64,000 nt of DNA from NCBI GenBank assembly GCA_963666425.2, contig OY762825.2, forward strand, positions 640,001-704,000, in the 5' to 3' direction. The stretch is from Bacillota bacterium. Its GTDB lineage: Bacteria; Bacillota; JAAYKD01. Positions 48,761 to 58,342 of this stretch are shown here, one piece after another (position 1 is the first letter of the stretch; each line of letters opens with the position of its first letter). Under the pieces are notes generated by a model. It saw only the letters and a list, made by a program, of their open reading frames with translations, was not told the origin of the DNA and searched no databases. Both the position numbers and the translations under genes were made by a program.

Positions 48761-49750
48761 TTGATTGAAGTAAAAGGACTGACGAAGCAATATGGCAGCC
48801 ATACTGCCGTATCGGATCTCACATTCACAGTCGATAATGGCCAGATCTATGGCTTGCTCGGACCAAACGGAGCCGGCAAAACAACTACGATGAATATCAT
48901 TACCGGCTGCCTGGCAGCGACTGCCGGTCAGGTCAGCATCGATGGTCATGATATCTTCGAAGAACCTGAGGCTGCCAAACGGTTAATCGGCTATTTACCG
49001 GAAATGCCGCCGCTTTACCAGGACATGACACCAAAAGAATATCTTGAATTTGTCGCCAGAGCCAAGGGTGTCAAAACAGCGGATTTGTCGGAGCAGTTGC
49101 TGCAAGTGATTCAAATCACCCAAATTGCCGAAGTGCAGAACAGGCTGATCAAGAATCTCTCCAAAGGTTATAAACAGCGGGTTGGAATTGCGCAAGCCCT
49201 CTTGGGCGATCCGGAAATTATCATTTTAGATGAACCAACCGTCGGTCTGGATCCGAAACAGATCATAGAAATCCGTTCCCTAATCAAAACATTAGGCAAG
49301 ACACACACGGTCATTCTCAGCAGCCACATTCTTTCGGAAGTCCGCGCGATCTGCGACTCGATTATGATCCTGTCCAATGGTAAATTGGTTGCCAGCGACA
49401 CACCGGAAAACCTGGAAAGACTTTTTGCCGGTTCTTCCACGATGGAATTGACCGTTAAGGCGAGCCGCGAAGAAGCGCAGCAGGCTTTCTTCACCGTGAG
49501 CGGACTTTCACAAATTGAGTATGCCCCTGGCAAATCAGCAGACCTTTTGGATATCACGCTTTCTTATGCCAAAGCCACTGCACCGGCGGAAGAAATCTTC
49601 TTTGCTTTTTGCAGGCTGCAGCGTCCAATTTTAAAAATGACCGAAACCCATGTCAGTCTGGAAGATATTTTCATTGAGTTGACTTCGGAAAAAGAAAACG
49701 CTCCGCAATTGCTCGAAGAAGTCAAAACAGAGAAAGGAGAGAGAGCATGA
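48761..49750 (+). CDS. ABC transporter ATP-binding protein (GldA-like)
   Basis: GPNGAGKTT, LSKGYKQR, ILDEPTVGLDP, SSHIL, SLEDIF. Confidence 0.9.
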   Translation: MIEVKGLTKQYGSHTAVSDLTFTVDNGQIYGLLGPNGAGKTTTMNIITGCLAATAGQVSIDGHDIFEEPEAAKRLIGYLPEMPPLYQDMTPKEYLEFVARAKGVKTADLSEQLLQVIQITQIAEVQNRLIKNLSKGYKQRVGIAQALLGDPEIIILDEPTVGLDPKQIIEIRSLIKTLGKTHTVILSSHILSEVRAICDSIMILSNGKLVASDTPENLERLFAGSSTMELTVKASREEAQQAFFTVSGLSQIEYAPGKSADLLDITLSYAKATAPAEEIFFAFCRLQRPILKMTETHVSLEDIFIELTSEKENAPQLLEEVKTEKGERA

Positions 49751-50610
49751 AAGCGGTTTTTCAAAGAGAAGTAAAATCCTATTATGATGGCGTGCTTGGT
49801 TATATTTTCACTGCTTTCCTTTTACTGTTTGCCGGAATTTATACCATGGTCATCAACCTGAATGCCAGTTACACCAATTTCGAATATGTGCTTGGCAATA
49901 TGACATTTATTTTTTTAGTGATTACACCAATCCTCAGCATGAGAGTCATCGCGGAAGAAAAACGGCAGAAAACCGATCAGCTGCTTTATTCCCTGCCGAT
50001 CAGCATGACGAAAATCGTCCTGGCTAAATATCTGGCAATGTTGTTCGTTTTAGCGGTTCCCACTGTCATCATTGGTTTTTATCCCCTGATCCTCTCGTTA
50101 TACGGCTCGGTCCATCTGCTTGCTTCCTATGGTACCCTGCTTGCCTTCTTCTTACTAGGTGCCGCTCTACTGGCGATCGGACTGTTTATCTCCTCCCTGA
50201 CAGAAAATCAGGCTTTTGCAGCTGTCCTTTGTTTTCTGGTTTTATTACTCAACTATTTTCTGGCAGACTTAGTCAGCTATCTGCCCGTTACCGTCGGTGC
50301 CTCCTTTGCAGCCGCCACCGCGGCAGTGCTGCTGCTGGCAGTCATCGTCTGGTATCTGACCAAAAGCAGTCTGTCGGCGGTCTTGCTGACGGTGTTGGGG
50401 GAAGGCGCTTTGCTTCTGACGAAGATCTTCTCCTCCGCCAGTTTAGAAAATCTCCTGCCTACTCTATTAGGGAGCCTGTCCTTATTCAAACGTTTCTATG
50501 TTTTTCCCAATGGCGTTTTTGATCTGACTGCGCTGGTCTATTTTTTGATGGTCATGCTCGTTTTTGTCTTTTTGACCATACAGGCAATGGAAAAAAGGAG
50601 GTGGAGCTAA
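49747..50610 (+). CDS. ABC-2 permease (GldF-like)
   Basis: PILSMRVIAEEKRQKTDQLL, AKYLA, ISSLTENQ, ends RRWS; ATGA coupling. Confidence 0.85.
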   Translation: MKAVFQREVKSYYDGVLGYIFTAFLLLFAGIYTMVINLNASYTNFEYVLGNMTFIFLVITPILSMRVIAEEKRQKTDQLLYSLPISMTKIVLAKYLAMLFVLAVPTVIIGFYPLILSLYGSVHLLASYGTLLAFFLLGAALLAIGLFISSLTENQAFAAVLCFLVLLLNYFLADLVSYLPVTVGASFAAATAAVLLLAVIVWYLTKSSLSAVLLTVLGEGALLLTKIFSSASLENLLPTLLGSLSLFKRFYVFPNGVFDLTALVYFLMVMLVFVFLTIQAMEKRRWS

Positions 50611-52095
50611 ATGCAGAAAAGCATAAACCGTTTTTTGCAGGATCTGAAAGCCGGCTTCCAACGCTCCACTGATCCCAAACAATTTCACAGCAAGGCCTTT
50701 CAGATCGGCAGTTACAGTGCCTCTGCTTCCTTCATCGTTATTGCCATTGCCATTGCCATTGTTCTGCTGGTCAATCGTTTACCGACCAAATACACCCAAT
50801 TGGATATGACGAGAAATCAGCTCTTCAGCCTATCTGAACAAACAGAAACGTTGGTATCCTCGTTAACCGAACCGGTAGAAATCTATCTGTTGGCCCAAAG
50901 CGGAGAAGAAGATGCCACGCTGCAGCAGCTCCTGAGCCGCTACAAGGATTTAAGCGATCAAGTCAGCGTGATGGTAAAAGATCCGGTCGCCAATCCCGGC
51001 TTCAGCAAGCAATATACGACGGCCACGGTCAGCAACAACAGTGTGATTGTAGTCAGCGGCAGCCGCAGCCAGTTTATCAGCTATGGTTCCATCTATGTCA
51101 CTGATTACAGTAATTACAGCAAAACCGGAACCTACAGCACGTCATTTGATGGAGAAAGCAGTCTGACCAGCGCTATCGATTATGTCACCAGTGAAAATCT
51201 GCCAACCATGTATCGTTTGAGCGGACATGGTGAAGCCGATTTAAGCAGCACGATGACAACAGCCATTGCCAAAGAGAATATTAATCTGGCTGATTTGAGT
51301 CTGCTGACGGTAGATGGCGTCCCGACTGATACAGCCTGCTTATTGATCTATGCACCGGCTTCCGACCTTTCCGCCGATGAGAAAACTAAAATTCTCAGTT
51401 ATCTGCAAAAAGGTGGAAATCTGATGCTTTTCACCAATTACACCGAAACCGAGATGCCAAATCTGGCTGCCGTGATGGCTTATTACGGTACGGCAGCGGT
51501 CAATGGTCTGGTTTTGGAAGCGGATGCCAATTATTTCATTCGGGGTTACAGCCATTATTTGCTGCCGAAAATCAATTATCATGAAATCACTTCCCCGCTG
51601 CAAAGCGGCGGTTATTATGTCTTGGCTCCCTACGCGCACGGAATCACAACCTTAGCCGATTTACGCAGCACACTGAGTGTGACAAAACTTTTAACGACCA
51701 CGGACAGCTCTTATGCTAAAATGGCTGGTTATCAAATGACCACCACAGATCGGGAAGCGACGGATCTGAGCGGACCTTTTGCGGTGGGGGTTGCCATCAC
51801 TGAAACCATTGACAGTGTAGAAACGCAGATTGTTTGGTATGCGACTTCCAGTCTGCTGGACGATACCGTCAACCAAACCGTATCAGGAGCAAATCAGGAT
51901 CTCTTCCTCAATTCGATCAACTGGATGTGCGGCCGGGAAGACAGCATTACCATTCACTCCAAGAGTATGACTACCGAAACCCTGACGATCCCTTCCGGCA
52001 TGAGCGCCAGGTTGAGTCTGGTCTTTATCGGGATTATCCCCCTCACCTGTCTTGCCGCCGGCGTTAGCGTGTGGCGGGAAAGGAAACGCAAATGA
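50611..52095 (+). CDS. GldG-like ABC auxiliary protein
   Basis: DMTRNQLFSLS, LLSRY, ESSLTSAI, GHGE, NQDLFLNSINW, C-terminal TM plus WRERKRK. Confidence 0.82.
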   Translation: MQKSINRFLQDLKAGFQRSTDPKQFHSKAFQIGSYSASASFIVIAIAIAIVLLVNRLPTKYTQLDMTRNQLFSLSEQTETLVSSLTEPVEIYLLAQSGEEDATLQQLLSRYKDLSDQVSVMVKDPVANPGFSKQYTTATVSNNSVIVVSGSRSQFISYGSIYVTDYSNYSKTGTYSTSFDGESSLTSAIDYVTSENLPTMYRLSGHGEADLSSTMTTAIAKENINLADLSLLTVDGVPTDTACLLIYAPASDLSADEKTKILSYLQKGGNLMLFTNYTETEMPNLAAVMAYYGTAAVNGLVLEADANYFIRGYSHYLLPKINYHEITSPLQSGGYYVLAPYAHGITTLADLRSTLSVTKLLTTTDSSYAKMAGYQMTTTDREATDLSGPFAVGVAITETIDSVETQIVWYATSSLLDDTVNQTVSGANQDLFLNSINWMCGREDSITIHSKSMTTETLTIPSGMSARLSLVFIGIIPLTCLAAGVSVWRERKRK

Positions 52096-52643
52096 GAAAT
52101 CGGAACCGCAGGCTGCTGATACTACTACTGCTGCTTTTCAGCCTGATTGGCTGCTATGAATTCGTCAGCTATCTTTCGGCAAAAAACGCCAGTGCAAGTG
52201 AGGCAGCCAAAACGATCGCCATTCTGCCGGATTTACAAGCGGAGGAAATCAGCCAGCTAATGTGGGCATACAAAGGAGAGACGGTTACCCTCCATAAATC
52301 CAATCAGACCTGGCAGGCAGCAGAAGATGCCGCTTTGACAATCGATCAAAGCTACCCGGCGGCAATGCTTGCTGCACTCACCTCACTGACAGCCTCCCGC
52401 GAATTGAGCGGCATCGAATTGACCGGTGAATACGGTTTGACTGCTCCTTCTTATGTTTATGTGATTACAACCAACGATCAGCAGGAAATCGTGCTGACGG
52501 TAGGCGACAGAAGCAGCATCAATTCGGATTATTATCTGAGCGTGAGCGGCAGCGATTCTGTGTATTTGGTCAATGACACACTGATCTCCGCTTTTTTATA
52601 CAACTTAGCCGATCTGACAACCCCCGCTGTGACGACGCCTTAA
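52092..52643 (+). CDS. DUF4340 family protein
   Basis: N-terminal TM, W...EYGLTAP, VGD, VYLV pattern; ATGA overlap with gldG-like gene. Confidence 0.75.
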   Translation: MRNRNRRLLILLLLLFSLIGCYEFVSYLSAKNASASEAAKTIAILPDLQAEEISQLMWAYKGETVTLHKSNQTWQAAEDAALTIDQSYPAAMLAALTSLTASRELSGIELTGEYGLTAPSYVYVITTNDQQEIVLTVGDRSSINSDYYLSVSGSDSVYLVNDTLISAFLYNLADLTTPAVTTP

Positions 52644-52644
52644 T

Positions 52645-52712
52645 CTAGAAAAATAAAGCAAGCCGGAACACAGAAAACTAATTCTGCGTTCCGGCTTGCT
52701 TTATTTTTCTAG
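52645..52712. terminator. Long bidirectional terminator / 31-bp inverted repeat
   Basis: 30/31 identity arms at 52645-52675 and 52682-52712. Confidence 0.8.
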
Positions 52713-53447
52713 GACAGCACAGGGCGTTGCCAAACACTTACCACAAACATCACACCAACCCAGATCGGTAAATTCTGCCGCGTTCGCCAGTAATCTCGCA
52801 TTGCACTGAAATTTATCGAATCCGTTCAGCTGCAGCGCTCCGGTCGGGCATTGGGCAAGACAGACTAAACAGCTGCCGTCTCGATAGTAAAGGCAGTTTT
52901 CTTCTGCAGCAGGAGCATCCGGTTCCAGCTGAATTGCCAGCAGGATCGAACCAAACCTTCCTGCGCAGCCTTTTTTGGTAATCAGCATGCGGTTCACACC
53001 GAAACTGCCCAAACCGGCAATATAAGCTGCACTGCGATGCGACCAAGCAGAAGTCAGTGTTTTTTCGTCATAAGTATGGGTGGGCGGAATCGCAGCAGCA
53101 ACAATTCCCTGGTTTGCCAAATGCTGGATCACCGTTTGAGACACTTTTTCAATCAGGAGATTGGCATCGAGATAACTTTTCGCCCAACCGCGTGACGGTT
53201 GCTGTCCTTGCTGATTTGCTTCGGCAATCTCCTGCGCAAAGGGAACAAAGAAAGAAAGAATTGTTTCGACCGTTGGCAGAAAAAACTGCGGCGGTGCGAT
53301 CCAAGGTCCCACAATCTGCGGCAACTCGGTATATCTTGGATCCAAAGCAGACGAAAAGCCAATCAAAGGCTCACGGAAACTGGCGGCCTGCGCATCGGCA
53401 GCCACGGTGTCCCGAACTAATTGAGCCAGTTCAAGCTTCGTAGCCAT
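52701..53447 (-). CDS. QueG/reductive-dehalogenase-like 4Fe-4S (cobalamin-type) protein
   Basis: WSHRSAAYIAGLGSFG, RFGSI, C..CLVC..CP and C..CGKC..PC cluster motifs; ATG after AAGGAG. Confidence 0.78.
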   Translation of the reverse strand: MATKLELAQLVRDTVAADAQAASFREPLIGFSSALDPRYTELPQIVGPWIAPPQFFLPTVETILSFFVPFAQEIAEANQQGQQPSRGWAKSYLDANLLIEKVSQTVIQHLANQGIVAAAIPPTHTYDEKTLTSAWSHRSAAYIAGLGSFGVNRMLITKKGCAGRFGSILLAIQLEPDAPAAEENCLYYRDGSCLVCLAQCPTGALQLNGFDKFQCNARLLANAAEFTDLGWCDVCGKCLATPCAVLEK

Positions 53448-53451
53448 CCCC

Positions 53452-54375
53452 TTACTCCTTGCTTTCCAGCCAAAGGTCCGCGCTGGTGGCAGCCAAAGCA
53501 CCATCGGCAACGGCAGTGACAATTTGTCTGAGCTTCTTCACTCTCAAATCACCGGCCGCATAAACACCCGGCAGCGAAGTCGCCATGGTAGCATCGTTGG
53601 CAACGATATAGTTTTTATCCATCTCCAACTGACCAACAGCGAGCTGCGTCATCGGTGTAAAGCCGACATAAACAAAGATGCCGTCGCAAGGGATCAGTTC
53701 GACAGCTCCGGTCTCAACATGCTGCACTTTTAAAGCAGTTACCTTACGCTCGCCGATGACTTCTTTGCTGACATAAGGGGTTTTGATCGTAATTTTAGGA
53801 TGATTTCTTACTCTGTCCTGCAGTACTTGCGCCGCTCTGAATTCATTGCGGCGATGCAGAATGGTGATGCTGGCTGCAAAACGGGTGAGGAACAACGCTT
53901 CTTCCAAAGCGGAATCACCGCCGCCTACCACCACGATGTGGCGGTCTTTAAAGAAAGCACCGTCACAGGTCGCACAATAGGATACGCCTAAGCCAGTGAA
54001 TTTCTCCTCGCCCGGGACATCCAGCTTTTTAGCCATGGCACCCATGGCTAAAATCACCGCTTTGGCTGCCAGGGAACTGCCGTCGGTAAAAGTGATGATC
54101 TTGGGATCCGCCTGCAGATCGACGGACGTCACTTCGTTGGTAATCATTTTGGTACCAAAGCTCAGGGCCTGCTCACTCAGGGTCTGGGTGAAGTCGGGGC
54201 CACCGATGGTTTTGATGCCAGGGTAATTTTCAATCAGGTAAGTAGTAAAAGCCTGGCCACCGGGGTAGGCTTTCTCCAGAATCACAGTTTCTTTCCCAGC
54301 CCGCCCGGCATAAAGGGCAGCCGCCATGCCGGCAGGACCGGAACCGATGATGGCAATCTCAACGGGATTCGGCAT
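53452..54375 (-). CDS. trxB: Thioredoxin-disulfide reductase
   Basis: GSGPAG, IENYPG, VSYCATCDG, GGGDSALEEA, HRR, AAGD. Confidence 0.95.
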   Translation of the reverse strand: MPNPVEIAIIGSGPAGMAAALYAGRAGKETVILEKAYPGGQAFTTYLIENYPGIKTIGGPDFTQTLSEQALSFGTKMITNEVTSVDLQADPKIITFTDGSSLAAKAVILAMGAMAKKLDVPGEEKFTGLGVSYCATCDGAFFKDRHIVVVGGGDSALEEALFLTRFAASITILHRRNEFRAAQVLQDRVRNHPKITIKTPYVSKEVIGERKVTALKVQHVETGAVELIPCDGIFVYVGFTPMTQLAVGQLEMDKNYIVANDATMATSLPGVYAAGDLRVKKLRQIVTAVADGALAATSADLWLESKE

Positions 54376-54766
54376 TTTTCACGGACTCCTTTTCCTGTTT
54401 CTGATTTTGCTGATAATTCTCAATGGCAACCTTTAAAGCGTCGGCAGCCAGATTGGAACAATGTAATTTCACCGGCGGCAGACCGCCTAATTCTTTGGCA
54501 ACATCCGCATTGGTGATTTTAAGTGCTTCTTCCAATGTTTTGCCTTTCGCCATTTCGGTCAATTGTGAAGTGGTCGCAACCGCTGCACCGCAGCCGTAGG
54601 TTTGAAATTTGATGTCTGTAATCACATTATTCTCTACGGTCAGATAGATCCGCATAATGTCGCCGCAGGTGGCATTGCCAACCTCACCGACTCCGCTGGG
54701 GTTTTCGATTTGTCCCATGTTACGAGGATGTTGAAAATGATCCATTACTTTTTCTGTGTATTGCAT
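54359..54766 (-). CDS. nifU: Fe-S cluster scaffold NifU/IscU
   Basis: HFQHPRN, GNATCGD, GCGAA, LPPVKLHC. Confidence 0.93.
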   Translation of the reverse strand: MQYTEKVMDHFQHPRNMGQIENPSGVGEVGNATCGDIMRIYLTVENNVITDIKFQTYGCGAAVATTSQLTEMAKGKTLEEALKITNADVAKELGGLPPVKLHCSNLAADALKVAIENYQQNQKQEKESVKNAESR

Positions 54767-54795
54767 TATTAAAAGCTCCTTTCAGATTTTAAAAA

Positions 54796-55968
54796 TTACT
54801 TTCTTAAGTTCTCAGGGTAAATCGGTGACATTTTACGCAGGCGCTGGATAATTTCCGGCACAACCTGTAAAACAAAATCCACATCTTCTGCTGTATTTTC
54901 CCGTCCAAGAGTCAGGCGCAAAGATCCATGCGCCGTAGGATGATCGAGTCCGATTGCCAGCAGAACATGAGAGGGTTCCAGACTGCCGGAAGCACAGGCA
55001 GAACCGCTGGATGCGCAAATGCCTTTCAGATCAAGCGACAAAAGAATGGATTCGCCTTCAACATAAGCGATGCTGACATTGACATTGCTCGACAGCCGCA
55101 GGGTAGGATGACCGTTCAGCCGCACGTCAGGAATCTTGAGCAGCCCGGCAATCAGCTGATCCCGTAAAGCGGCTTCCCTGGCGTTTTCCTTTTCCATTTC
55201 GGCCACCGCAATTTCGATTGCGCTGCCTAAGCCGACAATGCCGGGGACATTCTCGGTGCCGGGACGCAGTCCCTTTTCTTGTTCTCCGCCATGCAGATGC
55301 GGCTTGATCCGCACACCGCGGCGTAAGTAAAGAGCACCTACCCCTTTGGGGCCGTAAAATTTATGAGCTGACATCGAGAGCAGATCGATATTCATTGCAT
55401 TCACATCAATCGGCAAATGTCCGACCGTCTGCACAGCGTCGACATGAAAAGTTACCTTGTGTGCTTTGCAGATAAGACCGAGCTCGGCGATTGGCTGGAT
55501 CGTGCCGATCTCGTTGTTGGCATGCATGATGCTGACCAAAATCGTATCCGGACGGATCGCTTTTTCCAAATCAGCCGGATTGACCATACCGAATTGATCA
55601 ACCGGCAGTTCGCTGATCTCATAACCGTTTTCTTTCAGCCAGGCAAAACTATTAAAAATAGCGTGGTGTTCGATCCCTGTCGTGATCAAATGTTTGCCTT
55701 TGCGGCTGGCCATCGCTTCGGCTACGCCAAGCACAGCCAGGTTATCCGCTTCGGTGCCGCCGGATGTAAAGTAAATTTCATTCGGGGTTGCTCCGATCGC
55801 TTTCGCTACTTTTACGCGCGCTTCCTCTACCAATTTTCGCGCCGCTTGGCCCACATGATGCATACTGGAGGCATTGCCATACACCTCGGTAAAAACCGGC
55901 AGCATCGCTTCCACTACGCGTGGATCAACTGCTGTCGTCGACGCATGATCCAGATAAATCGTTCTCAT
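54796..55968 (-). CDS. nifS: Cysteine desulfurase NifS/IscS
   Basis: YLDHASTT, GNASS, NNEIG, SAHKFYGPKG, RPGTEN, SSGSACAS. Confidence 0.95.
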   Translation of the reverse strand: MRTIYLDHASTTAVDPRVVEAMLPVFTEVYGNASSMHHVGQAARKLVEEARVKVAKAIGATPNEIYFTSGGTEADNLAVLGVAEAMASRKGKHLITTGIEHHAIFNSFAWLKENGYEISELPVDQFGMVNPADLEKAIRPDTILVSIMHANNEIGTIQPIAELGLICKAHKVTFHVDAVQTVGHLPIDVNAMNIDLLSMSAHKFYGPKGVGALYLRRGVRIKPHLHGGEQEKGLRPGTENVPGIVGLGSAIEIAVAEMEKENAREAALRDQLIAGLLKIPDVRLNGHPTLRLSSNVNVSIAYVEGESILLSLDLKGICASSGSACASGSLEPSHVLLAIGLDHPTAHGSLRLTLGRENTAEDVDFVLQVVPEIIQRLRKMSPIYPENLRK

Positions 55969-56005
55969 AATATCCTCCCTTTCTAAAAAGCGATCGATGA
56001 CTTAA

Positions 56006-56428
56006 TTACTGATATTTGCCAGTCTGCAAATCATGCAAATTCATACTTTCCAGGATTTCGTTCATACCGTTCTGCAGCCGACGCCAGACAACCTGAATCA
56101 GGCAGGCTTCTTCTTTGCTGCCGCAGGAAGTAAAGCCAAGTTCCTGACTTAAACAATCGCAGGGCACAATGGGTCCTTCCAAAACCTCCAGGATCTGCCG
56201 CACTGTAATCTCTTCTGCGCTTCTAGCTAAACGATAGCCACCATAAGCACCCCGGATGCTGAGCACCAGATCGGCTTTTTTTAACTCCATGAAAATTTGC
56301 TCCAGGTACTGCTCTGAAATATGCTCATCTTCTGCTATTTGCCGCAGCGAAAGCGGATTACCACCCTCATTGCCAGCCAGAACCACCATGGCACGCAAAC
56401 CATATTCACTGCGCGTTGAAAATTTCAT
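56006..56428 (-). CDS. Rrf2-family regulator (IscR-like)
   Basis: STRSEYGLRA, YLEQI, SIRGAYGGY, Cys-rich CDC..C..C region. Confidence 0.9.
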   Translation of the reverse strand: MKFSTRSEYGLRAMVVLAGNEGGNPLSLRQIAEDEHISEQYLEQIFMELKKADLVLSIRGAYGGYRLARSAEEITVRQILEVLEGPIVPCDCLSQELGFTSCGSKEEACLIQVVWRRLQNGMNEILESMNLHDLQTGKYQ

Positions 56429-56444
56429 AAGCACCGCCTTCTCG

Positions 56445-56509
56445 ATATCCTATCAAATTGCTAGGCTTTATTACAACCATATCCTACTCCTTTACTAGGA
56501 ATATGTCAA
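56445..56509 (-). promoter_or_regulatory. Rrf2 operon promoter with two palindromic operators
   Basis: TTGACA-N17-TAGGAT; CCTA-N9-TAGG at 56449-56465 and 56483-56499. Confidence 0.65.
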
Positions 56510-56604
56510 GTTCGGAATCTGATTTTTTACGATAGTTGCTGCTGCAAAATTATGTTAGCAAAATAGCAGCTCTCTTTCCTCAAAACGACAGGAAATAAAA
56601 GAAT

Positions 56605-56650
56605 AAACCGTCTCCGAACACCTTTTTGAGCGATGTTCTGAGACGGTTTT
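56605..56650 (-). terminator. Terminator after DUF3343 gene
   Basis: AAACCGTCTC...GAGACGGTTT. Confidence 0.65.
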
Positions 56651-56651
56651 C

Positions 56652-56894
56652 TTATTCCTCATTTTTAAAAACCAAAACGTATTCACCATTTTCCGCTAGA
56701 GTAACCACCCTTTCGATGTCCTCAAGATACATCGAGGCAACATCAAAAGGATCTTGGAAACGAACGCATACACCGCAGGAAGCGCTCAATGCCCGTGGCA
56801 CCGGCATCATCACAGCCGCAATTCCCAGTTTCATTAAACGATTCCGAAAAGACATGGCGCCAAAATGGGTGTGGAAGGTCGCTATTGTAACCAT
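56652..56894 (-). CDS. DUF3343 protein
   Basis: TFHTHFGA, MPVPRALSASCGVC. Confidence 0.82.
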   Translation of the reverse strand: MVTIATFHTHFGAMSFRNRLMKLGIAAVMMPVPRALSASCGVCVRFQDPFDVASMYLEDIERVVTLAENGEYVLVFKNEE

Positions 56895-56905
56895 CTTGTC
56901 TCTCC

Positions 56906-57109
56906 CTATTGACTGATTGTCAATTCGAAATCTTCTCCTATGACTTGATAAGAGACCTGATAACCGGCACTGGCGGCAAAGCGCATGATGTTTTGCACCG
57001 GTATCATACTATCGACCAAAACCAGCAGCGGCGTACCCTGCCGAAGAGCTTGCTTTGTCATGATCACAGGTTCAGGGCAGGAGTATCCACGCGCATCCAC
57101 TTTATTCAT
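56906..57109 (-). CDS. TusA/SirA-like sulfur carrier (YedF-like)
   Basis: VDARGYSCPEPVIMTK CPxP motif; TGATG coupling to yedE. Confidence 0.88.
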   Translation of the reverse strand: MNKVDARGYSCPEPVIMTKQALRQGTPLLVLVDSMIPVQNIMRFAASAGYQVSYQVIGEDFELTISQ

Positions 57110-58167
57110 CAGACTGCCTCCTTCTTCAAATTAGCCAACCCAATGGCGATTGTTACAGCAAAACCAATTCCAACCGCAATCTGACCATTGAGAGTCGGGC
57201 CGGCAGCCGAGGAAGCCAGACCGAAATTATGGCAGAACGCAGCACCAATGATCATGCCAATCACCGTAATGGCTGAATCGGAATTGCCGCTGCCGGCCAA
57301 GATCAATTGGCGCAGAGGACAGCCGCCCAACAAAGCGGAAGCGAGACCAACCAGCGCCATGCCCAAGAAATTCCATAAAGCATTATGGAAAGCAATCGGC
57401 TGCGCGTCGAAACCCAAGGTGAATTTTCCGAGGATTAAATTGCCGATCAATGCAGCCAGCAGGATGCCAACAAAACCAATCAATAAGTAAAAATCTTTAA
57501 AAAGCACTGCATCTCGGATGCCGCCAACCATACAGAGGCGTGTCTTCTGCGCCAAAGCACCGACAATCAAACCACAAATCAAAGACAGTGCAATGGGAGC
57601 CGCCATTGATCCGGGGCCAGTGCTGCTGAAAACTAAGAAAGAAGGTAAGAAAATCAGCAGAGCAAAAACCAGAATCGCCAGGATGCCCATCCAAAGGCCT
57701 TCCAATTTGGCCTGCGGATGTGATTTTCTCAAAGTAAATCCTTTTTTCAGGAAAAGTACACCTCCGAGAATACCGGCAATAAAACCAACTAAGCCAATCA
57801 CCGCATTCAAATCACCGCCGGCAATCCGCAGGACCATCCGCAAAGGACATCCTAAAAACATCAAGGCGCCAACCATGACGAAAAAGCCAAGCACAAAACG
57901 AGTGACAGGAGAAGATCCCCCTCTGGCATTGAATTCTTTGCCGGCGATCGACATGACCAGAGCGCCAAGGATTAAGCCGATGATTTCCGGCCGCGCATAT
58001 TGCACAACTGCCGCATTGTGCAGTTTCAGAGCACCGGCCGTATCGCGCAGAAAACAGGCTATACAAAAGCCCATATTCGCAGGATTGCCGAATTTCACCA
58101 AAACGACAGCAATGATGCCAATTAAAATACCGGTGACAGCCATGAACAGATTTTGTTTCCCCTTCAT
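57109..58167 (-). CDS. yedE: YedE-family putative sulfur/selenium transporter
   Basis: GNPANMGFCIACFLRD, LGCPLR, RLCMVGGIRD, GGCPLRQ; about 9-10 TM segments. Confidence 0.88.
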   Translation of the reverse strand: MKGKQNLFMAVTGILIGIIAVVLVKFGNPANMGFCIACFLRDTAGALKLHNAAVVQYARPEIIGLILGALVMSIAGKEFNARGGSSPVTRFVLGFFVMVGALMFLGCPLRMVLRIAGGDLNAVIGLVGFIAGILGGVLFLKKGFTLRKSHPQAKLEGLWMGILAILVFALLIFLPSFLVFSSTGPGSMAAPIALSLICGLIVGALAQKTRLCMVGGIRDAVLFKDFYLLIGFVGILLAALIGNLILGKFTLGFDAQPIAFHNALWNFLGMALVGLASALLGGCPLRQLILAGSGNSDSAITVIGMIIGAAFCHNFGLASSAAGPTLNGQIAVGIGFAVTIAIGLANLKKEAV

Positions 58168-58252
58168 TTACCTTACCTCCATTTTTTACTTTCATCAGTA
58201 TAGTACGAAATTGCAGGAAAGTAAAATACATAATTTCGATAAATTTTCATTA

Positions 58253-58273
58253 TTTATAGATATTATCTATAAA
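58253..58273. promoter_or_regulatory. LysR-type operator palindrome
   Basis: TTTATAGATA-T-TATCTATAAA perfect inverted repeat containing T-N11-A, in the divergent yedE/desulfurase spacer. Confidence 0.65.
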
Positions 58274-58342
58274 GACTGGCTTATCAACGGATTTTCATGT
58301 ATAATAACCGCATAAAAAGACAAAGGAGGAACTCTTCTGATC

